Below, piece by piece: positions 17,012-24,126 of a stretch of 33,461 bases of DNA (position 1 is the first letter of the stretch; every line of letters begins with the position of its first letter). The position numbers and the translations under genes were made by a program. Source of the DNA: a virus. Taxonomy: Duplodnaviria; Caudoviricetes. The stretch is from positions 1 through 33,461 of IMG/VR virus record IMGVR_UViG_3300042997_002639; one strand, 5' to 3'. Under the pieces are notes generated by a model. That model was not told the origin of the DNA and did not search any database. It worked only from the letters and a program-made list of their open reading frames with translations.

Positions 17012-17551
17012 ATGGATGCTTCGCATCTGGGCGCGCTTTCAACGTCTCTCGGTATCGCCAGAGACCTGGCGAAAGCCCTTGTCGGCTTGCGGGACTGGAA
17101 TCTCGTCGCCGAAAAGGTAACGACGTTGCACGACCAGATCCTCAAGGCCCAGGATGCTCTGCTCTCGCACAACGCCTCCACGTTCGAGTTGCAGAACAAG
17201 TACTTCGAGGCCTGCGAGGAGCTGCGAAAACTGAAAGAAGCCATCAACGAGAAGGGCCGCTACTCGTTGGTCGAGCTCGGTTTCGGCTTCCATGCGTACC
17301 GGGAAAATGTCACCCCAGAGCAAAGCGGGACCGGCCAGCCAGGCCCGCCGCAGCCTGAGCGCTACTTCTGTCAGTCGTGCATGGACCGCGGGGCTAAGCT
17401 GGTGCTCCAGTCCCGTTTCGAGGAGGGGGTCTGCATCGGCTGGCGATGCACCGGCTGCAACACCACCCTGCTGAATGGGCAGGGAGTCGCTATGCTCGCC
17501 AAGCCAGTGGCTACCGCGTCCGGTGGCAGCAGATTCAGGACCTTCACCTAG
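17012..17551 (+). CDS. Moron: coiled-coil protein with a C-terminal zinc ribbon
   Basis: AGGA SD. Amphipathic helix and coiled coil, then YFCQSC...WRCTGC (two CxxC). Opposite strand to the late genes. Confidence 0.8.
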   Translation: MDASHLGALSTSLGIARDLAKALVGLRDWNLVAEKVTTLHDQILKAQDALLSHNASTFELQNKYFEACEELRKLKEAINEKGRYSLVELGFGFHAYRENVTPEQSGTGQPGPPQPERYFCQSCMDRGAKLVLQSRFEEGVCIGWRCTGCNTTLLNGQGVAMLAKPVATASGGSRFRTFT

Positions 17552-17938
17552 ACCAAGATGGGTGACCAGCTTCGCCATCGCATCAGCCTTCGGAGCCAAC
17601 CGGTCGGCCACCGCGCCACTTGAGCCGGGCGTTGGGCGTTTCGGCTTGCCTTGGATCGCCGCCTCCGGTTCGGGCGGCTCTCGGCGACCTCCGAAACCAG
17701 CAGCGCGAGCGATGTCATCGGCAGTGATGCTGGGCAGCGGTGTCGCCTCAATCGCGGCCATGCTCGCAGACCACATTGCCTTGAGCGAGCGTGCGGCGGA
17801 CAGCGCCGCCTGTGCCCTGGATTCGGTAGCGCCAAAGTCACGCTCCGAACGCACGGCCTCGACGCCCATGTGAGGCAAAGAGAACCGGCGAGTCCGCCCG
17901 GCGCGCAGCCTCATCAGGTGCCAGGAAGCATGATGCAT
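17039..17938 (-). CDS. Hypothetical protein; the 5' ~130 codons are probably real, while the 3' part runs antisense through the zinc-ribbon moron
   Basis: ATG at 17938 is TGATG-coupled to the upstream 49-aa ORF. The frame stays open to 17039. Confidence 0.4.
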   Translation of the reverse strand: MHHASWHLMRLRAGRTRRFSLPHMGVEAVRSERDFGATESRAQAALSAARSLKAMWSASMAAIEATPLPSITADDIARAAGFGGRREPPEPEAAIQGKPKRPTPGSSGAVADRLAPKADAMAKLVTHLGLGEGPESAATGRGSHWLGEHSDSLPIQQGGVAAGASPADADPLLETGLEHQLSPAVHARLTEVALRLRRAWLAGPALLWGDIFPVRMEAETELDQRVAALLVDGFFQFSQLLAGLEVLVLQLERGGVVREQSILGLEDLVVQRRYLFGDEIPVPQADKGFRQVSGDTERR

Positions 17939-18087
17939 CACCCACCTCCTTCTGCTTCAGGGCTCGGAGCGGCCAGCCATGCCGGCGGCTCCCCGACATA
18001 GGCGCGCAGGACGTATCCGCCGCCTTCCGTGATGAAGTGACCGTCCGAGGCGTGGATGAGGCGCTCGGGCTCGAGTTCGATGTTCAT
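17938..18087 (-). CDS. Small hypothetical protein (49 aa, MNIELEPERLIHASDGHF...), probably leaderless
   Basis: The ATG lies 6 nt after the -10 hexamer of promoter copy 3, and its stop is coupled to the next ATG. Confidence 0.55.
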   Translation of the reverse strand: MNIELEPERLIHASDGHFITEGGGYVLRAYVGEPPAWLAAPSPEAEGGG

Positions 18088-18093
18088 GGGACC

Positions 18094-18135
18094 AGTCTGG
18101 CTTTGCTCCGAGCGTGCGCCGAACCCCACAGGGGT
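18094..18135 (-). promoter_or_regulatory. Putative late promoter (copy 3)
   Basis: Minus strand: CCCCTGTGGGGTT-N22-CAGACT-N6-ATG. Confidence 0.7.
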
Positions 18136-18147
18136 GCGGTCGTGTCC

Positions 18148-18156
18148 TGCTACATT
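18148..18156 (+). promoter_or_regulatory. Candidate sigma70 extended -10 promoter of the membrane moron
   Basis: TG-C-TACATT, 30 nt upstream of ATG 18187. Confidence 0.5.
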
Positions 18157-18186
18157 TCGTTTCATCCGAAGTCCCCGGAGCGAGGA

Positions 18187-18615
18187 ATGGAACAAGCAAC
18201 CGCCGAGCAGCCCTCATCAGCGCTGCGCCTCGGACGCCACGCCGTCGGCATCATGATCGCGGCACTGGCCAACCCGATGATCTACTTCGACACCGATAAG
18301 GTGCTGGTCTGGCTCGCGACCTGGGGCCCGGTGCTGATCGCCACGGCCGTGATTTACGGCCTGCTGACCCTGTTTCTCACGCGGCGCGCGCGGGCCGCGT
18401 GGCCAGGCGGCGCCATCGCGCTCGCTTGGGTGCTTCTGCTGCTTCTCGTCGTGGGGAACTGGATGAACTATCGCGAAGCCACGTCGCGCGCCGCTCCCTC
18501 TGCCGCAGAAGCCCCAATCGACTGGGAAAAAGGCGCGATGAAGGCGCCGGCAACAAATGAATCGCCGTCCCGCGCATTCACCTACGAGGAAGCTGCCGGC
18601 GCGTCTAAGCGTTAG
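18187..18615 (+). CDS. Moron: 142-aa three-TM inner-membrane protein, candidate superinfection exclusion protein
   Basis: ATG at 18187. Three hydrophobic segments with an RRARAA loop before the last, then a flexible tail containing PIDWEKG and RAFTYEEAA. Convergent 4-nt overlap with the ejection gene. Confidence 0.75.
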   Translation: MEQATAEQPSSALRLGRHAVGIMIAALANPMIYFDTDKVLVWLATWGPVLIATAVIYGLLTLFLTRRARAAWPGGAIALAWVLLLLLVVGNWMNYREATSRAAPSAAEAPIDWEKGAMKAPATNESPSRAFTYEEAAGASKR

Positions 18616-20723
18616 ACCGGCTGGAACATCGAGCCGTCCCAGCGCGCCGCTCCCCGCGCGGTCTGGTACACCTGCCCTCGTACGAGCTTGTCCTTCGGGG
18701 GCAGCGGCTGCGGAGCACTCGCCCCCTGACCCTGATCCAGCCGCCGCACCTCACCCGTTGCCGAGTTGACCGCGGCCAGCACGCCCTCGGTCTTGTTGCC
18801 CGATGCGTCGGTGCTGCCCTGCAGCGCCACGGGCTTCCACTCGCCCCCTGCGACTTTCCCCTGCATCGCAAGCAGCCCTTGCTGCGCGCGGGCCCGCTCC
18901 GACACCGAGGTCTTCGGGTCGAGCACGATGCGACGTAGCGCGGCCTCGTCCTCTGCAGCCGCGACCTGGGTATCGCGCAGACGGTTGGCGCTGCCCACTT
19001 CCTCGCGGCGGATCGAGTTGGTGTCGGCCGCGCGCCGGTCCTCGGCGGCGATGCGCTCGGCCTGCAGCCGTGCGGCGGCCGCCTCGCGCTGGGCCGCGCT
19101 CTGGAATCCCAGACCCGCCCGCTGCGTATCGGCGGCCTGGCGCCCGGCCTCGAGCTCTGCCTGCTGGCGGTTCTGCACCGGAATGGCCGCCGCCGCCACC
19201 GCGCCCTGGTCCGACTGGAAGCCACGCCGCGGCGACCAGGAGCCGCGCGCGGCGGCAGTGCGCAGATCGGCGTCATCGAAGAAGCGCTGGCGCGCTGCCT
19301 GCCCAAAGCCCGCGCCATCGATCACGGCAAGACCCGGCGCCTGATCGCTGGGCGCCCGCCAGGTCTGCTTGTCCTTCTCGTGGGCGATGTCTCGATTCAT
19401 CTGCGCCACGCGCTCCGCACTCGACACGAAACCGAACCCGGTGCCGGACGCAGCGTCTGCGGCCGGCGCTGCCGCCGCGGCTGCGGGCGCCGATGGCGCG
19501 ACCGCAGCAGGCACCGCCAGCGTGGGCGTGGGCGTCGTCGTTGCGGGAGCCACTGGCGCCGGAGCTGGAGCGCTGATCCCGAACACCGGTGCGACACCTT
19601 GGCGCGCCGCCTCGGCGCCGGCGGCACGGTCGCGTGCGTCCTGATCGAAGCGCGCAACCACGCGAGATTGCTGCTCGTCGGTCAGCGGGTAGCCACTGAA
19701 CCGGAGCGAGGCGTCGTTCGCTGCGGCCACCGCGTCAGCAGCGGGCCGCGCCGGCGGCGGATTGATCGCTCCACGGCCGGCACCAGCTGCCGACGGCGCG
19801 CCGAAGCCCGCCAGCTGCTGCGCCTGCGGGCTCGGCGGCAGGGAGGGCGTCAGCATCGGCAGCGGTGCCGGGATGCTCGCGCCGAGATCCCTGCTGCCGG
19901 TGCTGGCAGCCGCCGGGCGCGGCGCGCCGAGCTGCGTGACGCTCGAGTCGCGCGCGGCTGCCGCGGCGTCACCGAAGCTGTTCGAGCGGCGGCGCTCCTC
20001 CTCGTCGACCACGCCGCCGTTGGCGTAGCCTCGCGGCCTGAACCCGAGGCCGGCCCCGCTACGCGGGTCCACGGCAGCCGGCGTCGCCCGGCCAAATGCG
20101 CCCGTGGCCGATGTGGGGCCGAACCCACCGGGCGGCGAGGCGGCCGGCAGCATGCGCACCGACGTTTCCGGCACGCCCGGCACCGCCGCGGGCGCGGAGG
20201 GTGCGACCGGTGCGCCAATCGAGCTCATGGTGCCGCCGGGCGCGCCGCCGTTGATCGAGACCCGGCCGGAGACGTTGCCGCCGCTGTACGAGTTCCCCTC
20301 CCGGCTCACGAGGCCGCCGTCGGCGAAGAACATCGCGTCCGAAGCGCTGCCGGGGCCGAAGCCAAGGCCTTCGCCCACCTGCTCGTGCGTCGCGTTCTTC
20401 AGCGCGTCCAGTGCCTGCACGCCGACCGCATGCACCTGCTCGGGCGGCAGCTCGTACTCGCCGTTGCTGAGCCGCACGTCGACGCCCTTGCGCTGGGACT
20501 TCGGCGTGAAGCCGCGCGCACCCATGCCGGCCAGCGCCTGGTCGCCGATCTGCGCTGTGGAGTCCGCCGGCATGATGTACGTCCCGGCCGGCACGGTGTC
20601 CTCGATGGAATCGGACGTGCCGGTACCGGGTCCGCGGATCACGCCGCCTTCGGCCGTGCGCTGGCGCGCGCCGGCTGGTTGGTGAGGCGCCTTCCGCGCC
20701 GAGGCTGGTTGAAAGCCGTACAT
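18612..20723 (-). CDS. Putative ejection/internal virion protein (703 aa)
   Basis: Start reassigned to ATG 20723 (SD AAGGTGA, promoter upstream). GGVIRGPGTGTSDSI and VRLSNGEY motifs, FADGG/YANGG, a long Ala/Pro/Gly disordered region, coiled coil, and a small C-terminal GQVYQTARGAARWDGSMF domain. Confidence 0.7.
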   Translation of the reverse strand: MYGFQPASARKAPHQPAGARQRTAEGGVIRGPGTGTSDSIEDTVPAGTYIMPADSTAQIGDQALAGMGARGFTPKSQRKGVDVRLSNGEYELPPEQVHAVGVQALDALKNATHEQVGEGLGFGPGSASDAMFFADGGLVSREGNSYSGGNVSGRVSINGGAPGGTMSSIGAPVAPSAPAAVPGVPETSVRMLPAASPPGGFGPTSATGAFGRATPAAVDPRSGAGLGFRPRGYANGGVVDEEERRRSNSFGDAAAAARDSSVTQLGAPRPAAASTGSRDLGASIPAPLPMLTPSLPPSPQAQQLAGFGAPSAAGAGRGAINPPPARPAADAVAAANDASLRFSGYPLTDEQQSRVVARFDQDARDRAAGAEAARQGVAPVFGISAPAPAPVAPATTTPTPTLAVPAAVAPSAPAAAAAAPAADAASGTGFGFVSSAERVAQMNRDIAHEKDKQTWRAPSDQAPGLAVIDGAGFGQAARQRFFDDADLRTAAARGSWSPRRGFQSDQGAVAAAAIPVQNRQQAELEAGRQAADTQRAGLGFQSAAQREAAAARLQAERIAAEDRRAADTNSIRREEVGSANRLRDTQVAAAEDEAALRRIVLDPKTSVSERARAQQGLLAMQGKVAGGEWKPVALQGSTDASGNKTEGVLAAVNSATGEVRRLDQGQGASAPQPLPPKDKLVRGQVYQTARGAARWDGSMFQPV

Positions 20724-20752
20724 GGGATCACCTTCTCGATTAGCTCCCGCCG

Positions 20753-20795
20753 ATTGTTCCAACCCGTCGATGTCGCGCCAAACCCCAAAGGGGGT
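20753..20795 (-). promoter_or_regulatory. Putative late promoter (copy 4)
   Basis: Minus strand: CCCCTTTGGGGTT-N22-AACAAT, then a short leader with an SD. Confidence 0.75.
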
Positions 20796-20833
20796 GGTAC
20801 GCTGCCCGCCCGATTTACCCCCGCAGTTAAGCG

Positions 20834-21577
20834 ATGATGACAAGAGCAAAGCATCTGGAGATTGGGCTGGCCGCAGTGGCCGCAATTGCCACGTTGGTTC
20901 CATTAGCCTTGTGGGCTGTACACGTCGGGAAGCCGACGTTTTCAGCCAAGGCTAGCGACTGGGCAGACTTCGGCACTTACGTCGGCGGTGTGTTATCCCC
21001 TTTGCTCGCATTCGCAGGCTACATTGGGCTGCTATTCACGATCCGCCAGCAGCGCGAGGCGGCTTGGAAGCAGCAGGAAGATCGAGATGGAAAAGACTAC
21101 TTCAATCACGCCGTCAGTTGCCTCGAGCGAGCCTTTGCCACGATCAGCGCAAATGGAGAGAGTCGAACGCCCGTCAATGAAAGATTGGCTTGGCTGACGT
21201 GCGCGAGACTGCTTCTCTCTGCGCAGGCTGCAGCGAATCTCATCGCGAAAGAATCCACCGGACTCCGCACTTTGTATGAAGGTGAATCTGAGCACTGGCG
21301 GCGGCAGTTCTATGAGCTTTTTCGACCAACCTCGCCGGATTCATTTGGCAATGAGGCAGTCTATTTTCTCGTCGATCGGGGCACGCCGTCCCAGCCGATT
21401 GATGAACGATCGACTCGCGTCATTTACGACTTCATTTCTTGGCCACCGGAAAAGGAAGATCCGATTGACCAGGTTGAGCGCTACAGCGACGAAGAGATCG
21501 ACAAAATGCGGAGGACTGTCGGCAAGCTTGGGCTGGCGCGCGCGCTGATGAGTTGGAGAGGAACGACCAGGGGGTAA
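20834..21577 (+). CDS. Moron: membrane-anchored protein (two TM segments plus a helical domain); function unknown
   Basis: Lower GC and opposite strand. TM1, then WADFGTYVGGVLSPLLAF...TIRQQ, then RLAWLTCARLLL. Candidate extended -10 TGGTACGCT at 20795-20803. Confidence 0.8.
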   Translation: MMTRAKHLEIGLAAVAAIATLVPLALWAVHVGKPTFSAKASDWADFGTYVGGVLSPLLAFAGYIGLLFTIRQQREAAWKQQEDRDGKDYFNHAVSCLERAFATISANGESRTPVNERLAWLTCARLLLSAQAAANLIAKESTGLRTLYEGESEHWRRQFYELFRPTSPDSFGNEAVYFLVDRGTPSQPIDERSTRVIYDFISWPPEKEDPIDQVERYSDEEIDKMRRTVGKLGLARALMSWRGTTRG

Positions 21578-21665
21578 CGGCGATCGGCTCTTGTGACAAA
21601 TTTTCCTACTAGCGCTCCACGATCTTGAGGAGCAATTCCCGCTCGAGGATTCGCGCAGGTTTCGC

Positions 21666-22001
21666 TCACCTCTCGACGATGCGCAGGAAGATCGAGCGGT
21701 CATCGACACGCGCTGGCGCATTGGTCGTGGTGATGCGGCACGTGACCCGCAACTTGTTGGGGCCGCTGACCGGCTTCACGCCGCCGGAGAGCCACACCGT
21801 CGCAGTGGTGCCGTCGAAACCGAAGTCGACAACCGTGAGCGAGGGATCGACGACGAACTCGACGGACGCGATGGTGTCGCCGCCGTTGAGCGTCAGCCAG
21901 GCCGCCCAGTCGAAGGCGTAGTCGAGGACCGCGTTCGGATCCTTCTCGATCACGAGGTCGCTCCGGTCGAGCACGTAGGTGGTGGGCTTCTGGGTGGCCA
22001 T
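21666..22001 (-). CDS. Phage fibre-tail adaptor-like protein
   Basis: KDPNAVLDYAFDWAAWL...DTIAS...ATVWLSGG...VTCRITT...DDRSI pattern; lies directly after the fibre gene. Confidence 0.75.
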   Translation of the reverse strand: MATQKPTTYVLDRSDLVIEKDPNAVLDYAFDWAAWLTLNGGDTIASVEFVVDPSLTVVDFGFDGTTATVWLSGGVKPVSGPNKLRVTCRITTTNAPARVDDRSIFLRIVER

Positions 22002-22010
22002 GGAGGTCTC

Positions 22011-23483
22011 TCAATCGGTGAAGGCCACGGCGCGGCGCTCGCCGACGATCGCGACGCGGCGGGATTCGGGCACGGCTCGGATGCCGCGGTCTTCGGCGAT
22101 CACGCGCACCGTGCGCTCATTGCGCTCGAAGGCGTAGGCGTGGCGCACGCGCGCGACCTGCAGCACGCCGGCCAGCAGCTGTGCGCCCACAAGGTGCCGG
22201 ATCGTGTCGGTCACGGTTCCGGTCGCGACCTGCGCTACGGCGCCCAAGGTCTGTGCGGCCTGCGCACTGGCGACCACGATGGCCGTGGCCGCTCCCACTG
22301 CTGCGTCCAGCGTCTGCGCGGCCGCGACGCGCGCACCCGCCCCGGCGGCCGCGCCCTGACTTACGCCGTCGAGCACCTGCCCAGCGCTCGCGCGGGCAAT
22401 CGCGGCTGCCGCAGCAGCTTGCGCTGCGCCTTCGAGGGTCTGCGCGCCAGAGAACGATCCCGACGCGCCGGTGATCACGGCCGTAGCCGCCTGCGCTACG
22501 CCGGCCAGAGTCTGAGCGGCCGAGGTCTTCGCCTGCGCAGCCGCCGTGGCACCCTGTGACACATCCTCGAGCGACTGCGTGGCCGTCAGCTTCGTCAACT
22601 CGACGGCGGTGGCCGCCTGGGCCACGCTGTCGAGCGTTTGCGCTGCGTTGAACGAGCGGTCTGCAGCAGCGGTGACGATGCCCGTAGCCGTCTGTGTGAC
22701 CCCGCTCAGCCGCTGCGCCAGCGTCGTGTCAGGGGTGCCGAACGGGACCTCCGAAGGGACGAAGTCGCTCACGTAGCGTGCAACGCCCTTGGTGAAACGA
22801 ATCTCGTCGAGGTATCCGCTGAAGAAATTCAGCGAGGCGTTCTGGCAACCGATGTACAAATCCGCGGTGGTGACCGCTGGCAACGCACCCGTGAAGGTCG
22901 AGGAGCCGTGTAGCAGACCATCGACGAAAAGTCGAGCAGTGTTGCCGCTGCGCGTGACTGCGATGTGGTGCCACTCCCCCACCGTGATCATGGGGACTGG
23001 CCCCCCCGGCACCGGCGAGAGAACGAAGACAGTGCCGCCTGAGTTCTGCAGGAGCAGACTCGCGCGCCCATTCGACCCGATGGAGAGCTGCCAGCCGAAG
23101 CTGTTCCATCGGTCAACGAGCACGGGAGAGTTCGCGATCGAATTCGCGTAGAACCACATCTCCGCCGTGAAATCGCCCGGCATGTCCCAGTCGGCCGAGT
23201 ACGGCGACTGGATGTACTGCGTCGTGCCATTCAGGAAAAGGCTGGCGGTGCCGAACTTTTTCTGAGCCGTGGACAGCGCCGCCGACCCCACCCCTGTGAA
23301 CGTGTGGCCTGCCAAGTCGGTGAAGGTGGTCGAACCGTTAGCGCCGTCGAGGTGAAGGAGTGCCGCGTTCGAACTTGCGAAGGTGTCGACCGGCCCCGGC
23401 ACTCTGGCAACGCCGACAAGGCCAGCAGCCGTCTGCGACACGCCCGCAAGCGTCTGGGCGGCGGTGATGTCGCCAGCCGCCAT
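22011..23483 (-). CDS. Tail fibre with a LamG domain and an AQTL repeat shaft
   Basis: LLHLDGANGSTTFTD...KFGTASL...DFTAEMW...WHHIAVTRSG...LFVDG...GYLDEIRFTKGVARY, flanked by about ten AQ[TS]LxxV[SA]QxA repeats. Confidence 0.85.
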   Translation of the reverse strand: MAAGDITAAQTLAGVSQTAAGLVGVARVPGPVDTFASSNAALLHLDGANGSTTFTDLAGHTFTGVGSAALSTAQKKFGTASLFLNGTTQYIQSPYSADWDMPGDFTAEMWFYANSIANSPVLVDRWNSFGWQLSIGSNGRASLLLQNSGGTVFVLSPVPGGPVPMITVGEWHHIAVTRSGNTARLFVDGLLHGSSTFTGALPAVTTADLYIGCQNASLNFFSGYLDEIRFTKGVARYVSDFVPSEVPFGTPDTTLAQRLSGVTQTATGIVTAAADRSFNAAQTLDSVAQAATAVELTKLTATQSLEDVSQGATAAAQAKTSAAQTLAGVAQAATAVITGASGSFSGAQTLEGAAQAAAAAAIARASAGQVLDGVSQGAAAGAGARVAAAQTLDAAVGAATAIVVASAQAAQTLGAVAQVATGTVTDTIRHLVGAQLLAGVLQVARVRHAYAFERNERTVRVIAEDRGIRAVPESRRVAIVGERRAVAFTD

Positions 23484-23486
23484 GGC

Positions 23487-23891
23487 TTATGCGTTGCCTT
23501 CGGTGATGGTCCAGCCGGTGATCTGCACGCTCTGGCCGCTGGCGATCACGGCGTTGTCCACCGTGAGGTCGCCGCCGCCGCCAGTCGCGGTCACGCTGCC
23601 CTGCATGTGCGTGGTGGTGCCCGCGCTGTCCTTCGCTCGATAGTGCGCGGCCGTGCCCGCGGCGCCGGCGGTGGCCGACAGCGGCACGCCGCTGAAGGTG
23701 AGCACGCCACCGGTCTGCGTCGACCAATCCGACGGCAGTGTGAATTCGACGAGCAGCGTGCCACTATCGGCGGCCGCACAGTTGGCCGGCTGCGCACCAC
23801 TGCGGATCTGCACCTTCGGCGCCGTGCCCACCGTGGACTCGATCGAGGCGCTACGCGCGTTGCGCAGCGCGGTTCCAAATTGAATCGGCAT
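23487..23891 (-). CDS. Virion structural protein (134 aa), paralog of 29370..29819
   Basis: SD AAAGGAG before ATG 23891. T.LRNA...QPANCAAADSGTLL...AGTAAHYR...MQGSV. Confidence 0.7.
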   Translation of the reverse strand: MPIQFGTALRNARSASIESTVGTAPKVQIRSGAQPANCAAADSGTLLVEFTLPSDWSTQTGGVLTFSGVPLSATAGAAGTAAHYRAKDSAGTTTHMQGSVTATGGGGDLTVDNAVIASGQSVQITGWTITEGNA

Positions 23892-23901
23892 GTCGGCTCC
23901 T

Positions 23902-24105
23902 TTAGGCCGCGGCGGCTGCACGGATGTCGTTGATGACGGCCTGCAGCTCGGCGGGAGCGGCTCCGCCAACCGCAGTGATGCGGTCCTCGACGCCTTGGGC
24001 CTTGGCCAGGGCCCAAGCCTTGGAGCTGTTGAGGGTCGCGAGAACACGCTTCATCGCGTCCAGCGTGGTCTCGGGCGCCGACGGCGCGGTTTGTTGGTCA
24101 TCCAT
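23902..24105 (-). CDS. Small hypothetical protein (67 aa)
   Basis: SD AAGGAG before ATG 24105; first gene after promoter copy 5. Confidence 0.65.
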   Translation of the reverse strand: MDDQQTAPSAPETTLDAMKRVLATLNSSKAWALAKAQGVEDRITAVGGAAPAELQAVINDIRAAAAA

Positions 24106-24126
24106 GGGATCTCCTTGAATGCCGAA

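Noticed and set aside
17548-17841. 97-aa minus-strand ORF ending at the zinc-ribbon moron stop
   Set aside because: Arg/Pro-rich shadow-like translation with no SD or coupling. The alternative frame starting at 17938 has TGATG coupling.
20560-20660. GPGTGTSDSI motif taken as evidence of a tape-measure protein and long tail
   Set aside because: The motif is N-terminal in a disordered protein with no tape-measure repeats, and no tail tube or frameshifted chaperone genes are adjacent. An ejection protein fits better.
22150-22730. Periodic repeats in the fibre gene as a CRISPR-like or DNA-level array
   Set aside because: The repeats are degenerate at the DNA level and in frame (AQTL peptide repeats). 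There are no identical repeats with unique spacers.
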